From Promethearchaeota archaeon (GTDB taxonomy: Archaea > Asgardarchaeota > Lokiarchaeia > Sigyniarchaeales > SOKP01): DNA of 37,236 nucleotides. The notes beneath the pieces are model-generated. The model did no database searches. It was not told the origin of the DNA and saw nothing but the letters and a program-made list of their open reading frames with translations. Below, in pieces: positions 27,182-36,083 of this stretch; the stretch's first letter is position 1, and every line of letters begins with the position of its first letter. The stretch lies in contig JAEOTA010000042.1 in NCBI GenBank assembly GCA_016840085.1, positions 1 to 37,236 of the forward strand, written 5' to 3'. The position numbers were made by a program, and so were the translations under genes.

Positions 27182-27368
27182 TGGGCCATCGGGGATTTGA
27201 ACCCCGGATCTCAGGTTTTTACTTTTTACAGACATTATTTCTTAATTTCTTTTGTATGTCTGTAGGCCATTTATAAGACCTGCGCTTGTTGGCCAAGCGT
27301 GTTCAAAACCTTGATAACCAATTCAGATAACGGAACAAATATCCAATCATTGGCTGAGCTAATGGCCC
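27182..27368 (-). tRNA. tRNA-Ile (UAU) with three introns (27321-27351, 27288-27314, ~27217-27270)
   Basis: Spliced sequence: GGGCCAT TA GCTC AGCCTGGTTA AAGC G CAGGT CT-TAT-AA ACCTG AGATC CGGGG TTCAAAT CCCCG ATGGCCC A. Short variable loop and A73; BHB helices TCAG/CTGA and TGGT/GCCA, relaxed TTAT/GTAA. Confidence 0.85.
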
Positions 27369-27594
27369 TTAATATTTGTATTTTGTATATCTTCTGCTGA
27401 AAAGTCTGTTTTCAATAAAAATTTTTATTTTTAATGTGTTTTGATGGTTAAATATCTTGGTTATAATTATAATCTAATAAAATCAGAAAAAAGATAAAAA
27501 TTTTTTTATGTTTGAAATATGTTATATTTATAATTAAGTTTAAAATAAGAAAAAAGTAATATATTTTCAATTGATATTTTGAGCGTGAATTGTC

Positions 27595-28008
27595 ATGGCT
27601 GAAATGTTAACAGACCTCCTACAAAATATCTATAAAAGAATAGCTCAATTAGGAGGATCGATTCAGGAGCTAAGTAACTCTCTCAATTCCTTAAATAAAA
27701 ATATTGAGGAAAAAATTACAAATTTGAGTTCAAAATTAGAGGAATTCTCTACTGAGATTAATCTAACACAAACTAAACACATTGATGCTGTTAGAGAGAT
27801 AGGTGATGTAACAACCAAAGAATTGAAAGTAGTACAAGAGGGTTTAGGTTTAGATGCAATGAAAACATTAATCAAGAAACTTGAGGATATTGCCAAACTT
27901 TCTGAAAGTGTACTTAATCAAGATACAGTAAATTTACTTTTATCAGAAGCGATTGATTCAGTAAAGAATTTAAAAGAATCTATTAAAGAAGAGGAGGTAC
28001 TAGAGTAA
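27595..28008 (+). CDS. Coiled-coil protein
   Basis: Heptad periodicity throughout. Confidence 0.75.
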   Translation: MAEMLTDLLQNIYKRIAQLGGSIQELSNSLNSLNKNIEEKITNLSSKLEEFSTEINLTQTKHIDAVREIGDVTTKELKVVQEGLGLDAMKTLIKKLEDIAKLSESVLNQDTVNLLLSEAIDSVKNLKESIKEEEVLE

Positions 28009-28044
28009 TATATTTTTTAAATTTTTTAATTAGGTGAGAAAAAA

Positions 28045-28467
28045 TTGGCAGAACAACTTTTAGATGAAATGATACAAAAAATTAATCAAATAATGAGCTC
28101 ATTAGATGGGACTATAGCACAAATTAGTCAAATGAGTGCTTCAATTAACCAAATGAGCCAAAACTTCTCTGAACAGACCGTTTCTATAACAGAAAACATT
28201 AGATTAATTGTAGAAGTTTTAAAGCAATTTAGAATCCAATCTAGCAAAAGTCTTCAAGAACTTTCTGATGATTTTAATAATAAAGTTAAAGAATTATGGG
28301 ATAAAAAAGCAATTGAAGTGATTACAGATGAAGAGAAAAAAGCAATTGATATAATAAAAAAAGCTTCTAAGGCTGTTTCAGATAATCTCTATTATGCTCA
28401 ATTGTTAAATATAATTCAATCGATCAGAGAAGAAACTAATAGAATAATTAGTGCAAAACAATCTTGA
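28045..28467 (+). CDS. Coiled-coil protein, possible distant paralog of the upstream gene
   Basis: TTG start after AGGTGA; similar length and N-terminus (MAEQLLDEM vs MAEMLTDLL). Confidence 0.75.
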   Translation: MAEQLLDEMIQKINQIMSSLDGTIAQISQMSASINQMSQNFSEQTVSITENIRLIVEVLKQFRIQSSKSLQELSDDFNNKVKELWDKKAIEVITDEEKKAIDIIKKASKAVSDNLYYAQLLNIIQSIREETNRIISAKQS

Positions 28468-28537
28468 GTTAATAAATTTTTTAATATTAAGTTAAATTCA
28501 TTTTACAATAAAAAAGTAAAAAGGTGCTATCTTTTAA

Positions 28538-29443
28538 ATGCCTACAGGTAGTTTTGTGGTATTATTACCAACTGATTCCGATTATAAAATTATGGGGTAT
28601 TATTTTAAAGAAGGAGAATCTAATTTTAAAATTTCGAGTGATCTCTTTTTAAGACTAAATCTTGATCACTCAAAGAATGAGTATAATTTATTAAAATTAA
28701 AAGATATTAGAATTTTCTCTTATCTTCATAAATTTAAAGGAAAGCTATTACGAAATGCCCATGGAATCATCCTTGGATTATTATTAAATGAAGATGAGGA
28801 ACCTGATAAATATCGCTCTTCTTTAAAAGAAGCTGCTGAAGTTTTTGAAATGCCTAGTTTAAATATACTGAAGAAATCTAGGGAAGAATTTGAATCTATT
28901 TTAAAAGATATCTATTTAGAGCATTTAGAACCATTGATTGATATCCTTCAACCAGACTCATTGAAAAATAGCATTATAAATATAACAAAATTCATGTTAA
29001 GTGGTGGTAAAAAAGAAAGAAAAATTGCTCAAGAGCTACTAGAAAAAGTTGAGAGGGGAGAGCATGAAAAAATTACTGAACTTTATAAGACCGCTGAAAC
29101 TGCTATGAAATCTTCAGATTATGAAAAAGCTGCAAAATTTTATAGAAAAGCAGCAGAAATTGCGGAAGTATTATATATAATGGATGTTGCTACTTCTTTA
29201 AAAGAGAAAGCAGAGTTTTTACAGCAAATACCTGAATTATCTAAAGAAAGAGAAAAAATAGTTCAAGAGGCACGAAATGCTTTAAAAAATGAAGATTTTC
29301 ATACAGCATATATATCATATAGAAGAGCAAGCGAAATTTCTAAAAAATTAATCCAATATGATAAAGAAGAGGAATATCGATTAAAATCAAAAGCATTGGA
29401 AGATTTTTATAAAATAGATCAAAAGTATAGTAAAAGTAAATAA
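28538..29443 (+). CDS. Longin-like N-terminal domain plus TPR/SNAP-like helical repeats
   Basis: Beta-rich N-terminus (IFSY...IILGLLLNEDE.P..Y...L); repeats DYEKAAKFYRKAAEIA and DFHTAYISYRRASEIS. Fold is inferred. Confidence 0.5.
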   Translation: MPTGSFVVLLPTDSDYKIMGYYFKEGESNFKISSDLFLRLNLDHSKNEYNLLKLKDIRIFSYLHKFKGKLLRNAHGIILGLLLNEDEEPDKYRSSLKEAAEVFEMPSLNILKKSREEFESILKDIYLEHLEPLIDILQPDSLKNSIINITKFMLSGGKKERKIAQELLEKVERGEHEKITELYKTAETAMKSSDYEKAAKFYRKAAEIAEVLYIMDVATSLKEKAEFLQQIPELSKEREKIVQEARNALKNEDFHTAYISYRRASEISKKLIQYDKEEEYRLKSKALEDFYKIDQKYSKSK

Positions 29444-29506
29444 ATTTCTGTTGTTTTATTTATTATAAGTTAGATCCATTCAATTAATTCCTTGTTTTTT
29501 CTTGAA

Positions 29507-30337
29507 ATGTCAGATTTTAGTCAAAAAATTATCTGTTTATTAACTGATTTTGGTTCAAAAGGTCAGCATTATATTGCAAGTATGAAAGCTGTAATATTTA
29601 AAATAAATTCTACTGTTAAGATAATAGATCTTTCGCATCAAATAACACCTTATTCAATAATCGAAGCCTCTTATATATTGAAAACTACCTATAAATATTT
29701 TCCTAAAGAAACCGTATTTATAATTGTAGTTGATCCAGGTGTTGGAAGTTCTCGAGAAATTTTAGCATTAAAAATAAACTCAGACTACTATTTTATTGGT
29801 CCAAATAATGGAATATTCTCTGCTTCTTTTACTGATAAAATAATTGAGTGTGTAGAAATTCAGAATGATGAATTCTTTATTAAACCCACTTCAAATACAT
29901 TTCATGGAAGAGATATAATGGCTCCAATAGGTGCTTATTTATTATCTGGTATTCCATTGCATAGATTTGGTCCTAAATTTGATCTTAATAATTTAAAAGA
30001 ATCCTCTGTTATATACAATATAAACATTAAAAAAAAAATTATCCAATGCTCGATTCAATATGTTGATTCTTTTGGAAATGGAACAACTAATATTCAGATT
30101 GTTAATAATACAATTCAAAACACTGACTTAATTATAAAGGAGGGTGCAAAGATTAGTCTAGTTATTAGAGGAATTACATATGAAGGATTCTTTACCTCTC
30201 ATTTCTTGAATGTGCCGATTAAATCAATTTTATTTCTTGTTGGATCAACTGGTTTTCTTGAAATTTCAATTAATCAAGGAAATGCATCAAAGACATTGGG
30301 TTTCGATTCAGGAGAAATTATAACAATAAAGTTGTAA
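29507..30337 (+). CDS. SAM hydroxide adenosyltransferase / SAM-dependent halogenase family (DUF62)
   Basis: LLTDFG, IDLSH, VVDPGVGS.R, GPNNG, SNTFHGRDIMAP, DSFGN, GS.GFLEIS.N.G.A. Confidence 0.95.
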   Translation: MSDFSQKIICLLTDFGSKGQHYIASMKAVIFKINSTVKIIDLSHQITPYSIIEASYILKTTYKYFPKETVFIIVVDPGVGSSREILALKINSDYYFIGPNNGIFSASFTDKIIECVEIQNDEFFIKPTSNTFHGRDIMAPIGAYLLSGIPLHRFGPKFDLNNLKESSVIYNINIKKKIIQCSIQYVDSFGNGTTNIQIVNNTIQNTDLIIKEGAKISLVIRGITYEGFFTSHFLNVPIKSILFLVGSTGFLEISINQGNASKTLGFDSGEIITIKL

Positions 30338-30353
30338 TGGAGAATAACTAGAT

Positions 30354-31487
30354 ATGGAAAAAGAAATTCTAGCGTGTATTGATAATGATAATAAAAAATT
30401 TCTACAATCAGGTCAAATTTCTAAATATATTTTTCCAATGGAACGATCAGAAGCTCATAATAAAAAAATAAGCCACTTAATCACCAGATTTTTTATAATA
30501 TCCAAAACTCCTGAAGGAGAAATATTATATTTGGTTCAAAAACGAGGAAAAACTAAGAAAACATATCCTGAATATTTTACTGACTCCTCTTCAGGACATG
30601 TAAATTATGAAAAAAATTTGGATTTAAATAAAATCAAGAAAAATGCAATTAGAGAGCTGGAGGAAGAGTTTGGTATACCTCAAAATGCTCTTCAAAAAGT
30701 GCTCTTTTATGATATTAATACTGAAGGATTAGAGATTGCATATATTTTTTTCGGAATTGTTGACTCCAATGTCGTTTTAAATCCTGATCCTAACGAACTA
30801 GAGATTAAATCTAGCAGATTTTATAATAAAACTGAACTTGAAAACCTATTAGAGAATGAGAAAAACATTGATTACTCAAAGCAAATTTGGAAGAAAATAT
30901 TACATACTGATATAATATCTCTTTTTGAAAAAGAAATTGAACCAATAAGAGAAAATCGAAAAAATATCGCTTTATTTATTGGTAGATTCCAACCTTTACA
31001 TCATGGACATATCTATGTTATTAAAGAAATTTTAAAAACATATAAAAAAATAAAAATTGGAATAGGGAGTTCTCAATTATCTCATACATTAAACGATCCA
31101 TTTTCTAGCGAAGAAAGAAAAGAATTTATCAGAGTTGCTTTAAAAAAGAGAAATATATCACCTAAAAAATTCGAAATTTATGAGATTCCAGATATTTTTA
31201 ACGCAAAAAAATGGGTAGATCATGTAATCTCAATTGTAGGGGAATTTAATTCAGTTGTTTCTAATAGTGATTGGGTCAGAGAATTGTTTTTTAAGAAAGG
31301 AATTAAGGTAGAGAAAAAAATAACTATTTTTAAAAATAATTTTAATGGGAATAATATCAGAAAATCAATAATACAAAATAATAAAAAGTGGAAAACTTTA
31401 ATGCCTAAAGAAGTAGTAGAATTAATTCAAGAATATAATGGAGTTAATCGCATTAAGTCTTTACATAAAAAATACATTAATCCATGA
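30354..31487 (+). CDS. Fusion: IDI-like Nudix domain + nicotinamide-nucleotide adenylyltransferase (NadM type)
   Basis: N-terminus LVQKR...K.TYP...SSGHV...AIRELEEEFG; C-terminus FIGRFQPLHHGH, IGSSQ.SH...DPF...ER. Confidence 0.88.
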   Translation: MEKEILACIDNDNKKFLQSGQISKYIFPMERSEAHNKKISHLITRFFIISKTPEGEILYLVQKRGKTKKTYPEYFTDSSSGHVNYEKNLDLNKIKKNAIRELEEEFGIPQNALQKVLFYDINTEGLEIAYIFFGIVDSNVVLNPDPNELEIKSSRFYNKTELENLLENEKNIDYSKQIWKKILHTDIISLFEKEIEPIRENRKNIALFIGRFQPLHHGHIYVIKEILKTYKKIKIGIGSSQLSHTLNDPFSSEERKEFIRVALKKRNISPKKFEIYEIPDIFNAKKWVDHVISIVGEFNSVVSNSDWVRELFFKKGIKVEKKITIFKNNFNGNNIRKSIIQNNKKWKTLMPKEVVELIQEYNGVNRIKSLHKKYINP

Positions 31488-32545
31488 AAACTGCAAAATT
31501 TTTAGAAATTAACGGATCTTTAGGGGAAGGGGGAGGCGCAATACTCCGAATAGGAGCGGGATTTTCAATCCTATTCAATCACCCCATCCGAATAAAAAAT
31601 ATACGCGCAAATAGACCTAAACCAGGATTAAGATTACAACATTTAATGGGATTAAAGATTTTATCAGAATTGACGAATAGTATTTTATCTAATTGTGATG
31701 TTGGAACTAAAGAAATTACACTAATTCCTAAACAAGCTTTAAAAAAATATATTGAGGTTAAAATTGGAACAGCTGGAAGTATTGGTTTATTACTTCAACC
31801 CATTCAAATTGCGTGTTTAAACTTTAATCAACCAGAAAAAATTGAAATTATAATAAATGGCGGAGGTACATTCGGTAAATGGGCTCCAAGTCTTAATTAT
31901 CTTAAAGATGTTACCTACAAAATTTTTAGAAATTATGGTTTTAAAATGGAAATTGACATTCAAAAACATGGGTTTTACCCTAAGGGAGGCGCTCATGTAA
32001 AATGCATCTTATATCCTCCTAAAAATAAGCTTAAACCAATCTTTTTAACTGAATTAGGAAATCTAGACTTAATTCAAGGTGAAATAATTAGCACATCTCA
32101 ATTGAAAAAAAAAGATGTTGGCGAACGCATAAGAAAATCAGCTCAACAACAATTAAAAAAACACTTAAAAATGAATATTAAGATTGATTATAAATATGTT
32201 AATTCGATGAGCCCAGGGGTAGGGCTTTCTTTAAGAGCATGTTCAGATACAGGAGCTATCATATCCTCAGGAACAATACTAGGTGAAAGAAATATTACTT
32301 CGGAAGAATTAGGTAAATTGGCGGCGAATGAACTTATAAAATATATTAAGAATGGTATTCCTGTTGACAATTATCTAAGCGACCAATTAATACCTCTCAT
32401 GGGATTCGTCAACAAACCATCCAGAATAAAAGTTCTTGAACTTACTAGCCATGCAAAAACTAATTTAGAATTAATTAAATTGTTTTTAAATAGAAATTAT
32501 AGAATAATTAAAGAAAATAAACATTTCATTATAGAGTTCCAATGA
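31484..32545 (+). CDS. rtcA: RNA 3'-terminal phosphate cyclase
   Basis: GS.GEGGG.ILR, IRANRPKPGLR.QH, TAGSI.L.LQ, GFYPKGG, VD.YLSDQLI, TSHA.TN. Confidence 0.93.
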   Translation: MKTAKFLEINGSLGEGGGAILRIGAGFSILFNHPIRIKNIRANRPKPGLRLQHLMGLKILSELTNSILSNCDVGTKEITLIPKQALKKYIEVKIGTAGSIGLLLQPIQIACLNFNQPEKIEIIINGGGTFGKWAPSLNYLKDVTYKIFRNYGFKMEIDIQKHGFYPKGGAHVKCILYPPKNKLKPIFLTELGNLDLIQGEIISTSQLKKKDVGERIRKSAQQQLKKHLKMNIKIDYKYVNSMSPGVGLSLRACSDTGAIISSGTILGERNITSEELGKLAANELIKYIKNGIPVDNYLSDQLIPLMGFVNKPSRIKVLELTSHAKTNLELIKLFLNRNYRIIKENKHFIIEFQ

Positions 32546-32668
32546 TTATATAAAAACCATTATTTAATCAAAGTAATTATTATTGTTAGATTAAAAATTA
32601 AAAGAAATTTTTAAAAGATAAATTTATTATATGATTATTATATAAAATTTTAAAAATCAATAAAAAGA

Positions 32669-33604
32669 ATGTCTCAAACAGTTGCCACCTTCCTACGTTG
32701 TCCTAGATGTGGAAATGAAAACCCTGCTGAAAGTTTTGCTTGTAATTTCTGTGGTGTTAGATTAAAAATAGAAAAAATTGAAAAATTCTCTATTTTCAAA
32801 AGAATAGAAAAAGAGTGGATTAAGCCAGCACCATGGTACACTAAGACTTTTTGGCTTCTTTTTCACCCAAATAAAGGTTTCTGGGACATCAATCACAAAA
32901 GAAGTAAAGCTCCAGGAGGATATATTCTATTATTTTGTTCTTTACTTTATGGACTTATGGGTCTAGCAGTTGCTTCTCATTTTAATTATGTTGACGTCTC
33001 CCCATATTCGGCAATCCTATATTCGGTATTTTTTAATCTTACTTTCTTTACTACTTTCTTTGTATTTGGATTCTTTTTTCAATTAATCTTTTTCGCGATT
33101 TTAATTTGGTTATTTACAAAAGGAGCGAATTATGCGGTGGGATTTACAGAACGCTTAGAAACTCGCTTTGGAGGATTAAAAGAAACAAAAGAGAAATATA
33201 AGGAAGCAGAAATTAGTCCATTTAGTATATATAAAGGAGGCACAATGTTACAGTTAGAAGCATCTCATAAATTTAGTATGATGCTATGTGCTTTTGCTCC
33301 TTTTTTAATAATCAACACTATTAAACTCCTTATTATGCTAGTAGGCTTTCCGACTATAACTATCGATAAACTAAGTTATAATCAAATTGATAAAATTTTA
33401 GATCAAATATTTGCTTCACCAACTTGGGGCGTCTTAGATATGATAGATGCGTTAACTATTGCAATATGGGTCCCCATCTTAACGACCTTAGCTATTAGAG
33501 AACTTAGTAATTCTTCAACTACTCGTGTTTTAATCCCAAGTTTTATAATTGGTTTTGCTGTTGCAATAATATTCTATTTCTTACGTCCTACATTGTTTGG
33601 TTAA
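32669..33604 (+). CDS. Zinc-ribbon + Yip1-like multi-pass membrane protein
   Basis: CPRCG.EN.....C.FCG; LFHPNKGF..I followed by about 5 TM helices in a Yip1-like pattern. Confidence 0.65.
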   Translation: MSQTVATFLRCPRCGNENPAESFACNFCGVRLKIEKIEKFSIFKRIEKEWIKPAPWYTKTFWLLFHPNKGFWDINHKRSKAPGGYILLFCSLLYGLMGLAVASHFNYVDVSPYSAILYSVFFNLTFFTTFFVFGFFFQLIFFAILIWLFTKGANYAVGFTERLETRFGGLKETKEKYKEAEISPFSIYKGGTMLQLEASHKFSMMLCAFAPFLIINTIKLLIMLVGFPTITIDKLSYNQIDKILDQIFASPTWGVLDMIDALTIAIWVPILTTLAIRELSNSSTTRVLIPSFIIGFAVAIIFYFLRPTLFG

Positions 33605-33666
33605 ATTTATTAACTAATATTCCAATGTTTATATAAAATTCTTGTTTTTAAATTGTAAAACCTGCG

Positions 33667-34320
33667 ATGGTAAAAGAAAATTTTAACTCTAATATAGATT
33701 CCAATATTGAATCTGAATTGTATGCTCTAATTCATACTATACTTAACGCGAATGAAAAATTTGAAGAAGGTGTTATTAATAATACATATTTTAGAAAAAC
33801 GGTGAAAAATGCTATAAATGAATTACTTAAATTTAATTTCATTCTGGATGAAAAAAAAATCAATCTTTCTCATCTTCTTAAAAAAATGAATTTTGCTAAG
33901 CAATATTATAAAGCAATTGGTATTATCAATAGACTTTCGTCTCTGGAATTCTCTAAGAGCAGTTCTGAAAATGATATAAGTGATCAACCTCCAATTTCAA
34001 AAGAAATGAGCTCAACAGTATTAGAACTCCCAGGTATTACTTTAGAAATAACTTCTTCTTTTATAACTTTAATGGACGCTTTAAAATTAAATGGATTCAA
34101 AGAAAGAGAATTAATAGAAGAATTATTTAGAGATTTAGTCAATAATATGGAGAGATTTCCTGGTATAGATGATCTTATCGTAAAAATTAAAGCAATCTAT
34201 AATCGTTCATTAAGTAATATGCTCAATGAAGATGATCTTAATAAGGTTAAAGGAATAATTGTAGATGAGATATATCAACTCTTTAAAGAATTTCAATATA
34301 AGCTAAATCCAAAACAATAA
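33667..34320 (+). CDS. vps28: Vps28-like ESCRT-I subunit
   Basis: N-terminal ELYALI.TI.....F..G.I....F and C-terminal EITSSFITLMDALKL...L..DL...M resemble both Vps28 domains. Confidence 0.8.
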   Translation: MVKENFNSNIDSNIESELYALIHTILNANEKFEEGVINNTYFRKTVKNAINELLKFNFILDEKKINLSHLLKKMNFAKQYYKAIGIINRLSSLEFSKSSSENDISDQPPISKEMSSTVLELPGITLEITSSFITLMDALKLNGFKERELIEELFRDLVNNMERFPGIDDLIVKIKAIYNRSLSNMLNEDDLNKVKGIIVDEIYQLFKEFQYKLNPKQ

Positions 34321-34412
34321 TTAAAACAAAAAAATTAATATTCTTTCTATGCTTTAAAATTATATTAGCATAATAACTATCGCTTTAACACTAAGGAAAA
34401 AAGGTAATTGTC

Positions 34413-34682
34413 ATTCCACGCCCAGGATTAAGATCTAAGGCTCAAGCAAGAAAAAAAATCCGAACTCCCGGAAATCGAAATGTAAGTCATTATTGGAGAA
34501 GAAAACCTAAAAGAGCACAATGTGTTCTCTGTAAAAAACCACTTCAATCAATACCACGATTACGCCCATCTAAAATGCGTAAAACAGACAAAACTGCTAG
34601 AAGAACAAACAGAATAGAAAGTGGAAGATATTGTGCAAAATGCCTTCAATCACTATTAAAAGAAACAGTATGGAGTCAATAG
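34413..34682 (+). CDS. rpl34e: 50S ribosomal protein eL34 (probable ATT start)
   Basis: Missed by the ORF track. (M)PRPGLRS...RTPG...KP....CVLC.KPL..IP...RR.NR...G.YCAKC; located before cmk and eL14 as usual. Confidence 0.92.
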   Translation: MPRPGLRSKAQARKKIRTPGNRNVSHYWRRKPKRAQCVLCKKPLQSIPRLRPSKMRKTDKTARRTNRIESGRYCAKCLQSLLKETVWSQ

Positions 34683-34774
34683 TCTTTTATTTGAGCTCAT
34701 AACTTCTTTTATTTATATAATAAGGATTCATTAATTTACTTGAAATATTAATAATACTTAAATTTGAAATTATA

Positions 34775-35308
34775 ATGATCTTAACAATTTCAGGTCTTCA
34801 TGGGACTGGAAAAAGCACAGTAGGAAAATTAATCGCTAAGAAATTAGGAATTAAATATTATAGTACTGGACAAATTTTTAGAGATCTAGCTAAAGAAATG
34901 AATTTAACACTGGAAGAGTTCACTGAATATGCAGAAAATAATCCTAATATTGATAAACGACTAGATGATAAAATTATTGATATAGCTAATAAAGGTGACG
35001 TAATTATAGATAGTCAATTAAGTGCCTATATTCTTAAGTCAATAGCAGACTTTAAAATATTTTTAACTTGCCCTTTAGAAATCCGTGTGAGACGAATTGC
35101 TGAAAGAGATAATGCTTTATATAATGAAAAGTTAAAAGAAACTCTGCTAAGAGAAGAATCAGAATTAGAACGCTTTAAAAAACTCTATAATATTGACCTA
35201 AATGATGCAGAAAAGATTGGGAAAATTTACGACTTGATTATAGATACTGGAAATCTAAGAGTTGAAGAAGTTTTAGAAAATATTCTTTCTGCTGTTAAAA
35301 AATTATAA
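34775..35308 (+). CDS. cmk: Cytidylate kinase (archaeal type)
   Basis: ITISG..GTGKST, G..FR..A, ID..LD, R..RIA.R, E..RF...Y.ID, YDL.IDT. Confidence 0.93.
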   Translation: MILTISGLHGTGKSTVGKLIAKKLGIKYYSTGQIFRDLAKEMNLTLEEFTEYAENNPNIDKRLDDKIIDIANKGDVIIDSQLSAYILKSIADFKIFLTCPLEIRVRRIAERDNALYNEKLKETLLREESELERFKKLYNIDLNDAEKIGKIYDLIIDTGNLRVEEVLENILSAVKKL

Positions 35309-35438
35309 TACCTTATCTAATTTCAAAAATCAAAAATAATTTATTTTTGTATAACTTTATTAACTTACTAAAAAATGTAATAATTTACTGGAAATATTAA
35401 CACCCAGTAATCATTAAAATAGTTTGGTGACAAATTAT

Positions 35439-35711
35439 ATGAGTGTTTATGATATAGGAAGGCTTTGCGTCAAGACTTTGGGAAGAGAAGCAGGCCATTA
35501 TTGTGTTATCGTCGATATTGTTGATAAGAATTATTTACTCATTGACGGATTGAACGTAAGAAGAAGAAGAGTTAATTATAAACATATTGAGCCATTAGTA
35601 GATTCTATCGACATCAAAAAAGGGGCAAAACACGAAGAAGTTGAAGCAGCTATTAAAAAAGCTAAATTAGAAAAAAGAATGAAAGAAACTGTTTCTATTC
35701 CAAAAAGATAA
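35439..35711 (+). CDS. rpl14e: 50S ribosomal protein eL14
   Basis: IGRLCVKTLGREAG..CVIVDI.DKN..L.DG..VRRRRVN..HIEP; GGTGA SD before ATG 35439. Confidence 0.96.
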   Translation: MSVYDIGRLCVKTLGREAGHYCVIVDIVDKNYLLIDGLNVRRRRVNYKHIEPLVDSIDIKKGAKHEEVEAAIKKAKLEKRMKETVSIPKR

Positions 35712-35862
35712 TTTCTCTTTTTTTCTCTAAATATTTATTAAAATTAACTAATTTTTTATTTTCTCACATTTAATCTATTGTTTCTTGTTGTCCATAATAA
35801 AATATTAAAATTTTGAATTGTTATATTGAAAATATAGTAAACAAAATTAGATTCTATTTCTT

Positions 35863-35963
35863 GCAGACATAGCCTAGCCTGGTACGGCGCTGGCTTGGAG
35901 CGGAAATATTCCCAGAAAGCCAGTGTGTGAATGCACCCGAGGGTTCAAATCCCTCTGTCTGCG
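35863..35963 (+). tRNA. tRNA-Ser (GGA) with canonical 17-nt intron (35901-35917)
   Basis: Acceptor GCAGACA/TGTCTGC + G73; CTGGC-TT GGA G|A-GCCAG; BHB helix TTGG/CCAG; long variable arm; GAGGG TTCAAAT CCCTC. Confidence 0.93.
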
Positions 35964-36083
35964 CTTCTTTACTTTTAGGATATACAAAAAAATAATGTAA
36001 AATATTCCTAAAATAATTTCATTATCTACGAATTTACTCTCTGAATATCGCTTTAAAAAGTAACTACACATCTGAAACTACCC

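Noticed and set aside
27212-27282. Alternative splicing giving a Leu(UAA) or Tyr(GUA) anticodon
   Set aside because: No long variable arm for Leu; GTA gives an 8-nt loop and the acceptor lacks C1-G72; the splice motif fits UAU best.
13875-32370. Short track ORFs at 13875, 15110, 18999, 22132, 22284, 24954, 26660, 27663 and 32188
   Set aside because: All lie antisense within well-supported genes and have no motifs.
35874-36071. 65-aa minus-strand ORF
   Set aside because: Antisense shadow of tRNA-Ser.
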